A stretch of 64,000 nucleotides of DNA from the human T2T-CHM13v2.0 reference genome, Homo sapiens. Both the position numbers and the translations under genes were made by a program. Shown here one piece after another: positions 12,156-27,726 of the stretch; position 1 is the first letter of the stretch; the number at the start of each line of letters is the position of its first letter. Below the pieces are notes generated by a model that was given only the letters and a program-made list of their open reading frames with translations, did no database searches and was not told where the DNA came from. Location of the stretch: NCBI RefSeq assembly GCF_009914755.1, contig NC_060927.1. One strand, written 5' to 3'.

Positions 12156-13699
12156 TACATTTCTCTATTTTAGCCACAAGTGAGCTGCAGACAGGTGATT
12201 CCATAGCCATAGGGTCTCGATCTCCCATCAGTGACAGAATAAATAAAAGATGCTTCCATGATGAGCAAGTATTCAAGCTATGATAAGGAAGGATATGAAA
12301 GAGATTACTTCTAAATCTCCTTATGGCCTTTGGGAAATTATAGACATAGCTACTCTCAGTGCTGTTAGTGAATTTGCAGAATCTAGAACCCAGATTCCTT
12401 CTTTACAACTTAGTGGCTATATGAGCATCATAAATCAACCTCTTTGAGTCACAGACTCCTCATCCATCAAATAGAGGTAATGATGAGATGAATTCAGAGG
12501 ACACTTGAGAGGTGTGAAATACTGTCTAAGATGCTATTTATATTGTCATTGTGGCCAGCAGTGTTATTTCTTTAATTTCACTTTTAGGGTAGTTTACCTC
12601 TTCAACACCAAGACAGTCTTTACAGAACCTTTTTGACTAGGGAGCAGGATGGATACAATTTGTGTGAAGGAGCTTATGTACAAGAGAGGCAAATTCCTCT
12701 CCCTTTTTCTCTCTGGTCATCAGGAAGGTCTCAAGGACAAGTGTCTCCTCAACTGCACATCCTAGAATCATGTGCCAGCTATTGGAGTAAATAAAATAAT
12801 CTTTTAACTGATAAACAGATCTTGGTTTGGCAAAAGTCAGATTTTTCTGTGTGTGATTTGAAAACTCTTCTGAATTAGAGATGAAAAGATCTTTCTCAGG
12901 TCTTCCCTTTGGCAGAGTTCCAGCTAGAACACGTGGTCATTGACCACCATAACTGTTGGTGACCAGGATGTCTAGAAATGCTGTCAAGATGGCTATGCAG
13001 TGAAATAGTGTTCTTAGTGCTTACAAGATCCTTGTCATGTGCTGCAGGTGCCAAGTGATGCAAAAAATGTTTACATGCCATGAATAAAACTAAAAGTGCG
13101 AACCTCAACCAGTCTATTTTTATAGTGGATCTACACACAAGAGGACACTTACAAAGGAGATAATGTAATTTAGCTCTGGGAACTCAGCTTTAAGAGGACG
13201 ATTGGTTTTGTTTTTATGTGTTTTTGCTTTTTTAGAATTTTCTGCTGTACATCTGGGAAATGCTTATTGTGAGTGTGAATCACTTAGTAGCTCTCCTCAG
13301 CGTTTCCATTTTGATATTCCCAGGCTGCCAGTGCTAAGCAGTGTTTCTGGCTGAAGCTTTGAAAAATCATTTTTTCCTATCAAGCCTTTTCTCTACTTTA
13401 GCCCTGCCTCATTTCCCTTTCTTGCCTCTAAAAGTTTTAACTTCCTTTCGTAAATTGCAGGGCATAATGACTTCAAACAAATAAAGTCCAAGTCTCAAAC
13501 AGCTATGGCCCCACATGTGTGTGTGTGTGTATATATATATATAAGCAAATATGCATACATCCACACATCTATATATGTTTTCAAACCACTGGCTTATATC
13601 AGTAATAGTTTGGTGGCAAAGTTCCTGAATTTCAAGGTGGATTTCAAAACTCCATTTCTTCCATTTGTTGGCTTAGGTACAATGTAATTGAGCATTGTG

Positions 13700-14110
13700 A
13701 TTAACAAATACAGATTCTTGGCTATAAGCAAGAGCAAATCTATCTATTAAGAGCTTGAAAAAATTGAGGTTTATTTGCCTTTTAGAAAAGGAGGCTGAGA
13801 CAAATACTCTAGGAATGAATTGCTTCTGAAAAGTTGCAGACATCCATGGCACTTCGGCTTTGGCCTCATGGTCTCAAAATAGCTGCCGAACTTCCAGCAT
13901 CATGGCCTGATTACATCAATGTCCTGAATTTTGCCCATGTTAAAGGCTTCAGTAAAGCCAAAGGGGAACAAAAGCCAAATATATTTGCCCACTGAATCTA
14001 TTACCTTGATTAGAAAAGTAAGATTTTTTTAACCCAATAATATCTGCTTAGCCAATATTCAATTATGCCTTGTTGGCTAGAAGTGTCATAAAGCCACTCC
14101 TAGCTAAAGC
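13700..14110 (-). mobile_element. Old ERVL/MaLR-type LTR fragment (LTR33/MLT-like)
   Basis: ggcctcatggtctcaaaatagctgcc...ttccagcatcat and ttggctagaagtgtcataaagccactcctagct resemble old LTR consensus text. Confidence 0.4.
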
Positions 14111-14559
14111 ACTGATAGGCAGGTAGAGAAGTAAAATGAAGGACAATGGCTAAATCAGCTAAAACTAATTGTATTTGTCACAGATCCCAAGAGAATTATA
14201 GAAAACTACATTTTTTTGTTTTGCTTTATTTTAGAATGGTCAAGAGATAAAAACTGTAGGGATCAAATTCTATACATGTGCCAGGTTGCTGAATTCAGGT
14301 TTCAAGGATATGGAGCAAAAGTATGGTAAAGGTGTTGTAGATGCAGAAGCAGAAAGATTGGCACACCCAAGCAGAATATTTGGCTAGAGCAGTAATAAAT
14401 TTTTTAAATGTCTACTTTCCAGCCCTTCTGGGGAAAAAAGCTTGATAAACCTATTGATAAAATTAAATGATATCTGTATTTCATTCTGAGATGAAGAGTT
14501 AAATTCAAGGCATATTTATGGGCCACTTACTGAGTTCACAAGCACTGTGCTGACACCAC

Positions 14560-14910
14560 AGACATTCTGACACATGCTACAATATGATGAACCTTGAGGA
14601 CGTTATGCTAAGTGAAATAGGCCAGGCACAAAAGGACAATTACTGTACAATTCCACTTACGTGAGATGGCTAGAGTAGTCAAATTCATAGAGACAAAAAG
14701 TAGAAGAGCAGTTAGTTACCAGAGGCTGGAAGGAGGGAGAAATGGGTATAATTTAATGAGTAAAGAGTTGCGACTCAGGAGGACTAAAAGTTCTGGAGAT
14801 GGATGGTGGTAGTGATTGTGCAACTATGTGGATGTACTTAATGCCACTGAATTATTCATGTATTAATGGCTGACATGGTAGATTTTGTTTATTCTACCAC
14901 AATAAAAAAC
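14560..14910 (+). mobile_element. L1MB 3' end
   Basis: gatgaaccttgaggacgttatgctaagtgaaatag...gtagtcaaattcatagagaca...aaagttctggagatggatggtgg...ccacaataaaaa. Confidence 0.85.
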
Positions 14911-17900
14911 AAAGACAAGCAGAACAAAAGCGAGGTAGCTGCAATCAATTGGGAAAAGGACCTACTTATTCTTAAACCAGGTGGCATAATGAATAGGTGA
15001 AAATGGAAGTTGGAAATGACCGTGGGGATCAACAGGTTGAAAGGATCATATTTGGTTAGCCAAATGGATCTTGATAGATGTTTTCAAGTTTTACAGGTGA
15101 AATGATTGGGGCGATGATGAGAAATATCAGGAACTCCATGACACTTCTAAGGGAGAATAAGTCCACTGCTTTGCCTGAGTATGTAGGATAGACTGTAAAC
15201 AGGAGATTTTTGGACTGGAGAGTTGAGTTTGGAGAATAAAAGAATATTGAGGTAAAAATGTAATTCATTGCAAAGTTGGAAACCATGGAAGGTTTTAGGA
15301 TAAGATCTTGATATAATCAATATTGCTGTGAACTTAATTAGTGAAGCAGTGCAAATAATGTGTGGGAGGGAGAGCACGATACAATAACAGCTCTTGATTT
15401 TAACTGCTGGTGTCATATGGGATAAGATGAAACAAAATTCAATATCGATTGAGGCTTCAATCCAGTTCGCTAGGAGTTGTCCCATTTTCTCCCAACAGGC
15501 ATACCTATTAAAAAGAAAGAGTTTCCAGAATTTTCCCTCATTTATTGTCAAAATAGCTCACATTAATATTATTTAAAATTTGGTGTTTTATGTTGGTACA
15601 AAATATGTTTCAGTAAGATATCATCACATCATTAATACAGTGAAGTTATAAACTGTTATGTTTACCTCCACAAAAAAAACTTGAAATCTAACTAGGCTGT
15701 CCCGCGTTTACAGTCTCTGCATTTACAGCCTAACATTTCTCAGAAGGATGAAGAGTTTTAGGACAATATATACCTCTTCATCATGAGAAGATATTTAATG
15801 CCTTCACTGGTGCAGAGCTACAGGAAGGGATGTTGCTTCTGCTGACTACTGCTTTCTTAAACTTAGGGCATGTTTTAAGAGGAAAAGTTATAGCTAGACT
15901 AGGTTGGCTTTTCATTTAAACAGTGCTAGTCGCTTTGGTGTCATAAAGGAGCATGGGCATATAGAATGACATAGGTGGGAACTTCTGAATGAAGATGGGG
16001 GAATGGAATTTGCCTTCTTTTCAAATACTGCTGATAAGTAAAACCAAACTTAATTTAATTTTATTTAAACTTTGTGACACAGGGAAGTTCCCTTTGCAGA
16101 AAAACTTTAGTGCTTAGGTTTGTATCATTTTCAGTGTTCAGACAGCTGCTACGATTCTTTACTATCTTGTAGTCATGGCTATGATGATTAATTTTTTAAA
16201 ACTTGAAAAGGGGGAATTGCCTCAAATTAGAGAAAGACAGCTTTGAACAAGTTGCCCAAGAGTAAAGCATTTTACACATCAAGAATGTTAGTGAAGCTGC
16301 CGATACTGTAATTTAGATAACAGCAAAGATACCAAGCTGGTGTGTGTTAGTTGTTGAGACATGTGGGTGATTGCCATTTTCAGTGTTCTTTATTTTATGC
16401 CACAGTGTTGACTTTTTACATTGACGGTGATGAAAAAAAGCCCTTGGTAATATATTGAAGACTAGGCTTGTGGATATATGCCTGAAAAATTAGTAAATGC
16501 TGTGGCCTTCAAATTGTAAGAGGCTCCTATGTAGGAAACATTATTCTAATGAAGAAAAAGCTTATCTGGAGTATCTTTAACCAGGAATTCAAGGTAGTAC
16601 TGAAGACTCCAACAAAACCATGATATTAAGCCAAATGCACAAACAGCTCAATTGCCCACTTTAGAAATCAGTCCATATATTTTAAGGGATTGTGTCTTAT
16701 TTGTTTTTGTATTCCCTGCAGATTTTGTGTGCAATAAACATTTCTTGAATGAACAGATTAAGCAGTGATGTAGGTTTTTAGAACACCAGAAATCAAAAAT
16801 GTGAGTAAAATTATCTAGTAGTTATGAAATGTACTTTGACTTCCTTTATTTTCTAATAATGATGGCAATGAGTTAGCTGTATCAATCTTTACAGAGATAT
16901 CTTAGAAATATTTCCCCATTTGTTTAAGACATATTCTTGATTAGAAGTATAACTGGTCAAAGAGCTGATGATTTTGAAGACCTCTTCTGTGTAGTTGGTC
17001 TTGACTCCAAAATGTAGCATTTGATTGATATAGAACTAGTATTAAATTTTATGTTTTTCAAGGGGAGGAATGATGTTCTGTACAATGTTTGCATTCTGTG
17101 GCACAGAACTTTACATCATATAATACTGAAGCTGGATTGATAAAGAAGAATTCAAATTGAGGGCTAGGATGATAAACTGGAGTTTATGGACACAAAATAA
17201 CTCAGCAGTTCTAAACAGTAGGAGACAAAAAGCACAATGATCATATACAATAGTTATCTTCTGTTTATACTTTACTTACTGAGCACTTAACTTGTACAAG
17301 GTCCTGTAGCAACTGAAAAAAAAAAGTATAAGACGATCATAGAATGATTTAAGGTAAAAGAGTACATGGGATGTGGGGCTGAGCTGCTGGTTATAAATGA
17401 ATCAGACAAGATCTGTTCTCAAGCCAAATAAAAGAGTAACAAAGTTAAAAAACAAACATAAAAAAGTATTCATCTTCTAATTTCCTATAGTTCATTAAGA
17501 ATTGAATATATATTGAATATATTTTCTTATCTTAGCAGGAAAATTCTTGACCACACCTAAGCTAAGATTCAGGTGGAGAAGTCAAAAGGAAAAAAACTGT
17601 ATGTAATATAGATGGACGTATTTCTTGGTTTCATTTAAGGTGCTTGTTTAGATCAAACATGAGAAGCACCTTATGTCACTTTAAGTTGAGATGTGGCTGT
17701 AGGATGCAATATTGTGGAGTGTACAAACCAGATTTGGCTCTAGGAAGAGTTAGAGCCACTTGCATAGCTAACTTTGCCATCTTTCTATCAACCAGGGAAG
17801 ATGAGCTGGGGAAAAGCCAATCTAGAACATGTAAGAACAGCACCTCCAACTTTAGGCCCAATCATAAGGCAGATCAGACTGGAAGAAGCAATGGGATTTC

Positions 17901-18373
17901 TAAAAGGACATTCCAGGGCTGTTGAACTGTCGGAATCACTGGAAAGATGATAGTGAAGTAGATGGAACAATAAATTGCAATTAAAGTTGGAGAAAAAAAA
18001 CAATAATTATTCCTTCTTTTCTTTTCTGTCATTATTAAAAAGTGATTGCAGACTTGAGATTAAAGATTTCTGTTAATAAAAAAGAAATTCCTTGCTTCTG
18101 CTTCTAATCTTTGAAAATAATAAAGGAGCCAACATATTTTTAAAAGTGTAAAAATCCATCCCCAACACAGACAATGCTATGTAGTTCTGAAACTGCCCAG
18201 TGATTTCTTTCTTCTCCCATATGAAACTTTTGATAATAGAAATATGAATGACTTTATGTTTTGATATCAACATTCTTCTCAAGTGGATTATGTGGTATCA
18301 TCATAGATTGGATGAGAACATGAATATTCTGTACAGACACCAGTATCCTGGGCCCAAAAGGGCTGATGTCCAG

Positions 18374-18583
18374 CAGTGCTCCTCAGACTATCGAAGATGA
18401 AAATTGAATTTTCATTTTCAACCTCTTGCAGGCTAAAATGAAATCAGACACTTGGATGACATTATGATATCAAACCAGCATAAAAGTTTTTAAGTCCTTA
18501 TTCTCAGTTTCTATAATTGATCTTACTGCAGACTGGTCACAGTTTTGAGTGGGACCAATCCGTGAATCACACTGAGATCACTG
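18374..18583. mobile_element. hAT-Charlie type MITE (family uncertain)
   Basis: CAGTG...CACTG-type termini; internal taaaagtttttaagtccttattctcagtttct. Confidence 0.45.
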
Positions 18584-21469
18584 ATTTAGGGTTCTGGCTC
18601 TGCTATTTGTTTTTGGGACAGTGGTTTACCCTTCTTTTCCCCATTTATAAAATGAAGTGAGAACATATTACATGATTGCTGAAATCCAATGATTCTGTTT
18701 GTATTTTGATGCTATTTTCTTTTTGCTGGTTAAGAGACATATGTTATAGGTACAGCTTACTATCTAAATGCTCTTTGTTAGGTCCAACTTATATAAATGA
18801 GTGAAGAGCATGTTTTAGCTGAGAGTTTATAGGCTATATTTCTGTAGGATTTTCCCTTAATTGCAACACTATTTTCAGAGTAGTGAGCTCTTTTGTTTCC
18901 ATCAGCTACTTTGAAGAAAAATATTACTTCCTGGGTAGCTCTGGACTCTCCAGTGAAACCCCTTACTGCCATGCCCTAGGTAGGATAATCATGATGAGTT
19001 AGCAGGTTGGTCTTGAGTGATAAATCTTCAATTTGCCTTATTAACAGAGATATGAGTGTTGGGTTACAAATAGGTCAGTTCTGAAGATGGCAAAGTACCT
19101 GCAAACTGAATACATTGGTTTCCTCTTCTCTCCCAATACCTCTGGTGAAAAAGTACATACCGAAAATATAGCAACAAATATGTGACTATAAAAATTGACA
19201 AATAATATAGTCTTGCATAGGAATTTAACTGTGGAAAGATTATAAAGCCAGACTGCTCTTTAACCCTTTCTGAATTATAATGAATGGTAATAAAACTAGG
19301 CATGGAAGAAAACATTTATCTAGAGTTAAAAACCACAATAACCATGGATAAATGATTGTGCTTAGTCACTTCTTGCCTAGGGTTTATGTTTTAGAATGTG
19401 TTTTACTTCTAGGACCCAAACCCAAGTTTTCATAGATTTTAAAAAGTTCTTCTCAAAAGAGAGTTAGATATTAATGGGAAAGTCAGGTGTTGTTCATGAA
19501 TAAGTTATCTGGAAACTTTTATGTTCTCTCTGAGAATCCAAGAGAATCAAAACTTTCTCTGAGAAGACAGATCCTGCATATCGTTTAACCATGTTTACGC
19601 TTTTGAATGCTAACTTCCAGGCTTTGTCTATAATCCTGTGCCCTTGTTAAAAAAATTCACAGACAATTTATTTGCCAGGTCATACTTTTAAGAATTCTTT
19701 ATTTTGTGTGCCTCTGAGAAGAGAAAATGTTTTTCCACCACTACTTCTGAATTCATAAATATTCTTGCCCATATATTATTGTTTTTGTGGCAAATCAGGG
19801 CACATTATTTTCATAGTGGATATCCTTGATTGTTGGCATACTGTAATGCCATTTGCCACATACGTGGCTGTAATGTGGCTTTGGTAAGGTGGGAAGGAGA
19901 GAATATGTACTAATCAGGTGAATGGGTCACACACACACACTTACGAACTTGCTTAACTGCATCTTGCTCCCTCAGTCTGTAAATTTTATGGCTATTGTTA
20001 AGCTACCTGCTTCATTTCTCACCTAAAACATGGGGGAAAATTCAGCCATTTTATCTATACTTGCAGTTATTCTAAGGTGAGCTTAGTGACCTAGGGATTG
20101 ATTTAGAAAATGTATTTGGTTGTTTTGGTTGTATGATTTGCCACTATCTGGGAAAGGTGGAGAGGCTATGCAACTTTTGAATGTATTTGCTATCTCTTAA
20201 GAGGTGTATTGGATTGGATAGATTGAAACAGTACTTGAATGTCCTCACAAAAATTCCAACTGAACCCACACATGATTTTTCCCCTGCTGCATATCCTAAT
20301 TGTTACATTTTAAAGAACTAACATAATTTCTGGAGTGTCTTCCAGAGAGATGCAAATAAACACCCAGACTATGTTTAACAAACCTTAAAGTTATACTGTC
20401 AGTCATTGTGATGTTTGCCTAGAGGCAAATTAAATTAGGTATCTTCGGTGCAATTCTGAAGGAGACATTCATTCAGCATCGAGATCTGCTCTTGATGTGT
20501 TAAACGGTTGTGGCTCACAGTTGTGCTGTCTCCAAATTCATTCTGTTGAGACTGACCTTAAGATAATGTAAAAAAGCAATTAGTTTTAAACAGTAGGAGT
20601 GCCAACAGTGTGAAAGAAACAAATTACACGGTGGGATGATATTTTTAGTGATTTTTAAGGAGATTATTAAAAATGAAATCTGTACTAAAAGCTATGACTG
20701 TAGCTTTTAGTCACAAAAACTGACACAGAGCAATTCATTTATTTCAAACTGCTACAACTCCCTGAATGACAATCCAAGCCCCTTTCTATGTCTGGCTGAA
20801 AGGTGGTCTGGCTCATTAAACCACATCACAACTCCCCTGAATAATCAAGCCAAACAGTTTTTACACATGATTTGTTAAGTTCTACTCCTTTGCCTTGTCA
20901 TTCAATATTTGAGCAAATATTTATAGCACACATATCATGAGCCAAGACTGGGCTTGATGTTGAAACTGTTTTTTGTAACCCTAAGCTAAACCCTGAACTG
21001 TGTTAAAAAATACAAGTTTATATGCACATACACATACACAAACATATATTTATAGTTTAATACTTTTTTTCATTAAACTAATTTTTTAGTTTTTGTTGAC
21101 TACTTTCAGTTAGAAATCCCAAAACATTATTCTACTCCTTTGAAATTGTTAAGTAGTAAAACAATAGTTAAAATAGGCAGAATTTTTAAATTTGAAAATC
21201 AAATTTGTTGTCTGCATCACAGTCACTTACCTATATCCAGGTTTCTTTGGCCAAGGAAGAAATGACCTTAACTTTGTGAGTTAGATTACTATTTTTAAGC
21301 TCATATTCATGAAACTTAGATGCATGCTGATCTCCTTATAGATGGGTCTCCAGGTTGAAGTTCTGACTTGATGCAGAAGCTATGCAATACATTTTGTAGA
21401 ATCAATGTACATTCCAATGCAGTTCAGTGATAAACTTAAAAACAAGAACAATACAAATGATAACAATGA

Positions 21470-21720
21470 CCAACAATCACTGCACACTTGCTCACTGCCA
21501 GGGACTGTTCTAAAGTGGTTTAACATCTGCTCAGTTCACTGGATTATCACAACTGCCTAAGAAGGTTGATACTGGCCTTATTCTCAGTTTTCAGACATGG
21601 AAACTGAGGCACAGAGAAGTTAAATAACTTCTCCCAAAGTCACCTGACTAGCGACTGAGGTGTATGTACACGACCTTGGCAGTCAGTTTCAGAGTCCCCA
21701 TTTCTTACCGCTGCATTCTG
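21470..21720 (-). mobile_element. MIR
   Basis: ggaaactgaggcacagagaagttaaataactt..cccaaagtcac. Confidence 0.8.
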
Positions 21721-22299
21721 TGGCTGAACATTAAGGGTGATCTTTCTTATCAATCTACTCATGATAATTTGGTTAAAATATACATAGTCAAAAATCTTAG
21801 TCAAGGCAGCTACATTATGCTTATAATTTGATTTAAATATGCATATTATATAATAAATGCAATGTGATTAAATTATGTAGAGTCAAATAATCTTAATATA
21901 GAAAGCTGTTTTCAGGGCCCAACCATTTAGCCAGGTACTTAAATGTTTCTATATCTTTCTCCCTCTTCCCTCTAACAGATGATTGAGTTAGGCTTGAGCA
22001 TTACACTTGCTTCTGTGGCTGAAATGCCACATATTTCTGCCCTGTTAGCACAGTCTTATTTTACAGTCAATGCAAATGATTATCCCCAAAGCTTGTCTGA
22101 ATAAATCAATATCATGAAGTTATGCTGTTGTAATATTTTTGTGCATAAATATTCTAACTTGACTAATAATAGAATTCACACTATTAATGAAAATAACATT
22201 AGTAAATAAATATTAATATCCTTAAGAGACATTATGGAACTCAGAGGAGAGCAGTCCTAATTTACTCAATTTTCAAAGTCATTAGAAATTAGGAAAATT

Positions 22300-22792
<493 letters not shown>

Positions 22793-23444
22793 CTAAGGGT
22801 CAAGAAAATGTATGACCTATTCTTTGTACTTAATTGTTACAGAATAGACATTTGATAATGGTCTTTAAATTACCCTGTACTTTTAGGGGGGTTATATGTC
22901 ATAGGCACAGACTTCTGACTCTCTAATGTCATTATGATACACTTTTTTTATATATATATTTTCTTTCTAAATCATAAAATGAGTTTACAGCAGCAGACCC
23001 CAGCTTTTCTGAGAAGTACCTACACTGTTATATTGTGTAATCGCTGTACCAACTAATATTTTTCGTCAGAATATGTACAATACAGAGTTGAAGAATCTGT
23101 ATCAAAATGATCAGCTGTGATGAGTCTGAGCTAGAGGGCTTTTTCACAAAGCATGTTTTGTTCTCTGGTGAACTTATATTAGACCATGGCTGCCAACTTA
23201 AAATTCCTTTCTTTTAAGGATGCAATGTTGCATAATTAGTCTGCTATTGCAGTCAGGATGCTTGCACCCTTTATTTTACTCCTGGTATAGAATGCAATAG
23301 ACTATCAGAGTTGAAAGGAACCTCTGAGACCATCTAATTCAACTTGCTCGTAATATAGATGAGAAAACAGCCTCTGTCAGTTTTAATGTCGCACAGCAAG
23401 TTAGCTGTCCATTAGAATCTCAGAAATAAGTTTCATTTTAGAAA

Positions 23445-24100
23445 ATCTCAGTTATTTTCTGTATAACAAATAGAAATAGATAAAAAAAGTAGCTAAAAAC
23501 AATAACTATTTTTTCTAATGATTCTTTTCATTGACAGAGCAGGCCTCTGCTCCACGTGGTACCAATTGGGGTTACTCCAGTCACTGAAGAGTTTGGCTGG
23601 GACACCTCAGTTGCGGCACCTCAGTACTTCTCTACCTGGACTCTTTTTTTCATATATTATCTCATTCTCCAGAGTCTCTTCATGTGGCCTCCCTCTCTAG
23701 AAGGATATTCTGGGCCTGAAATGACATATGTTTCAGCCCTAACACAACACAGTCTTCATTGCAGTAAGTACAAATTATTGTCCCCAAAGCTTGTCTGAGG
23801 AAATCGACATCAGGAAATTATGTTGTTGGGATTATTTCCTTACAGCATAGTGGATGGGTTCCAAAAGGCTGAGTAGTTGGGTTCTAAACTACTTAGTTAT
23901 TCTCTTGGGAGCATCCCAGGATAATAAGCTCCAATGTGTGGGAGTGCTTATCTAACCACTGCTTTATCATACTCGTGACTATCTTTTGGTTGCAGCAAAT
24001 CTATGGCTAAACTCAGAGCTAATGTGAGAGTATACTGGACTGGGGTATGAATTATGGAAGATGTGGTTCACTTGAAGCATCAATGTGCCTGCCTATCAAA
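23445..24100 (-). mobile_element. MaLR LTR (MLT1J/K-like) carrying an internal ~120-bp insertion
   Basis: tcagttattttctgtataacaaa start; ctctgctccacgtgg; ctcttcatgtggcctc; aaatctatggctaaactcagag; ggggtatgaattatggaagatgtggttcactt. Confidence 0.6.
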
Positions 24101-27100
24101 ATGGCAGATAATTTATGTGGTCAAGGTCAAGGAGCAAGTTGCAGTATGTAACACATAATGTAATGCTACTTAAATTAATTGATTTTTTTTTCATTACTTC
24201 AGTATACTGTGCACTGTTATGGGTCTGTTATTGGATTGCGGAAAAGTTGAAACTTTCTAGAATTTGATGAGCCCTGGGAATGTTCACATTGGTTTTGGCG
24301 GCCACCGTTTCTTTCTTTCAGGTAATGAGATTGTACTAGAGTCAGGCAGCTCTCAACATTTCAACATTCAAATGTTTGACCATAAGACCAGAAAAGATCC
24401 AACATATTTAATAAAAAGTGAAGGCATGGAAATACTATTTTGGATATGTTTCACTAATAAAAAGAGCAAGACTTCAGTATTAGCCTTCTATTGGAATGTA
24501 AATTATTCTGACTTGAACCCACACTGAACTGCCTGCAGCCTGTAACTTAGAAGGAAAAAACAAAGTGCCACCACTGAACTGCTGGCCTTCTAACAAATAT
24601 CACCTATTAGCATTCACAATGAAGGCAAGCATGAATCAGCATGAAAGTATACCCTATATAAGGTTTCTTTTAGCTTCTCTCAAGTCTTGACACACACCTG
24701 TGTCACTGACAGCTAGTATGCAAATTGCCTAAAAGCTCCATTAGGCTAGTCTAGGCAAGGAAGCCCATCTGTTCGTTCCGTGACACTTTCCCTCCTAGAT
24801 CCTCATGTGGGAATATGTCCTTGAGACATGCAGATGGATGAATTTGCGCCAGTGTCTGGTACCACCAACCTTAGGGGAAGTTGTCACTTCTACTTGCTTT
24901 ATTGCCTCTAATATTTGATGTCCTCTTCCTTCAGATGCCAAAGAATAAAATTTTAAATCTAAAACTTCAAAGGGTGGTGAAGGTTTTTAAATTCTGAATA
25001 GAAAGTACATATTACTTTTTAAGCACAAGAAAATGGAACATGATGAGCCCTCTGTTTAAAAATTATGGTATTCACTGGGTGTTTTTCAAAGCTGTGTGTG
25101 TGGTCTGGTGTTGACAGGAGAGAACATACAATTTCAAATTAGCTAGTGCTTGTCAGCTGTTGCTGATAGCTGTTGGAAGGTTTTGGGAAAGACAGGGGCA
25201 CGGTGATATTTTGGCAAGCTTGCCTATTAAGGACATTTGCTGGAAATGACTTCATGATTCCTATCCCTTTCTTCTTAAAAAAAAAAAAAAAAAGCAACAC
25301 AACTACATGTAAGCAATTGGAAAAGGAAATTCAACCACTTTTTTCTGGTGGTTTTTTGAGTAGACTCAAGTCTCTTGCCCATCTCAGATTGAAATCCCCA
25401 GAGAAAAGTTAGAAGTGGCAACAACATAATCAGAAAAGCAGCTATCCTTTGATATCTGATATCCATTCATCATAAACAGGCTTCTTTCATTTTGTTAATC
25501 TGGCCTAGCAGAAAGATCTACTCATATTTCATTCTCAACGAAGGTAAGGTGGCATAAAAGTAATGGTAATCTCACCTCCTGGGTAAAGAAAACATTACAA
25601 ATCAGAAAATCGTTTTTAGAAGCATACAATAACTTGTAATCTGGAACCAGAAAGATAGATATTTCCTCTTTTGACAAATCCTCATTCTATAGCAAACAAT
25701 GTATAAAGACATCTGACATGTTTAAGACAGGACAGAAATGATGCTTTTGATCATTTTGGCACTAAAATGATTCATGATTTTATCAGATTAGCGCCTGTTT
25801 TCCATTTTTCAGGAAATGGTCCAAAAGACATACTGTTTTTATTGACAGGACTTCCAAACTAGTTATTATTTGCTAATAATGTTGTGTTAAAAATCTGAGC
25901 AGAGTGTCTTGCCAGAGAGAGAGAGAGTGAAACTTTTATGCCCAACGGTGTTTGGATGAGCAAGATAATTACACCCTTGTCCATAGCAGATGCTCTGTTC
26001 TTCGCTTTGGCAGTTTCCCTGTTCAGTGTGCAAATAATTTTCTCTACTAAAGTTGGTAGCTATTTGCTACAAATATATTGCTTTTCCAGCAAAGAATGGA
26101 TCTTTTCCATCACCACTCACAAATAGCAACTGAATTGACTGGAGTTTTTATTGTTTCAAACACATACACAAAACTGATGTGAAGCAGAAAGAAACTCATA
26201 TGAATGCCCCATGTCTGTCAAAGGATGTGAATAAAATAAGTTATTTACCAAAATAGTTGAAAAACTACATTGTAACAATGATTTGAACTTATTTAAATTA
26301 AGACTTTTGAAGAAGTCAATGTTGATAGTCAAATATTTTTAAAATTCAAATGTGCATTTAGTTAGTTTATAATAGAAAAGACACTTATTTACATATATTG
26401 CAAACATCTTATGAGCTCTCTTAGCCCCTCTATTTCTGTAACAGGCAAAATTCACTTTGTACATATATAGTGAGACCAAAAATAAGGAGCTCATATTCCT
26501 CACAGTTTTGACAGTCATGTATGACTATGCTTGAAATGGGTGGGTGTATTCTCCCTGGCCAGTGATGAACGAATACATTTCCATAAGCCACTATGCTTGC
26601 TTTTTGGGTAGCCCAGATGCTGTGGTTTTGTCTGTAAGCAGTATGCTTGCAGGTGTTTTGGCAGAGAACTGCAGAAGGAGAAGGGTGGAGAAAATACATT
26701 TATTATAGTTCCCTTTTTTGTTCTTACCACAGCCCCAGAAGCATAAAGGCAAGTAGAACCACTCCTCAAGTTGCCATGTTTTCATAGATACATAAGGCAA
26801 CATATACTTATCTAATAAAACTAATAATATAATTGGGGGTTAGGTTGATGAATTACCCCTGAGTCTCCCAAGAAGAATCATTGTTGACTAGACTTTTATG
26901 GTAAAATTCACCTTCCAGCCAAAGATTAATTAAGTGCCAACTGAAAGATTTTGTTCCAAGTATGTATATGTAAGTGCTGAGAATCAGAAGTGTGGCTGGC
27001 TGCGTGGCCTGTCCTCAACTCTTCAGCATTCCAGGGGTAGAAATATCTACTGAAGGACAAAATGTTTATCACCAGCAGGGACATGAGAAAAAAATGTCTC

Positions 27101-27399
27101 CTAGAACCTTAAGCAGGGAGGAGATAAATCTGTCTATGATAAAGGTTTCTCAGAGGAGGTGAAATTTGAATCCTGCCTTCAGGATGAATAGGCTTGGCTA
27201 CTGGGGAACCAGGAGGAAGGCATTTTATATAGAACAGCAGCAGGAATCAGGAGGCAGTAGACTGCTCATTTTCAAATGGCTTTTTCAGAGCATGCTCAAA
27301 TACTACTATTAGGTTAGACGGCACTGAAAAGAGAAGATGGCCCTGTTTGGACATTAATATTATTTCTCTTCTCACATAAGAAAAAGAGAGGCAGCAGAA

Positions 27400-27726
27400 A
27401 GCCAGGCGCGGTGGCTCACACCTGTAATCCCAGCACTCTGGGAGCCCAAGGCAGGCAGATCACTAGGTCAGGAATTCGAGACCAGCCTGGCCAACATGGT
27501 GAAACCCTGTCTCTATTAAAAATACAAAAAATTAGCTGGATGTGGTGGTGTGCACCTGTAATCCCAGTTACTCAGGAGGCTGAGGCAGGAGAATCGCTTG
27601 AAACCAGATGCAGAGGTTGCAGTGAGCTGAGATCGTGCCACTGCACTCCGGCCTGGGCAAAGAGAGTGAAACTCCATCTCATTCATACATACATACATAC
27701 ATACATACATACATACATACACACAC
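27400..27726 (+). mobile_element. AluS with (CATA)n tail
   Basis: Full dimer; tail converted to ~9 CATA units (27684-27720); TSD core gcagcagaaa. Confidence 0.93.
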
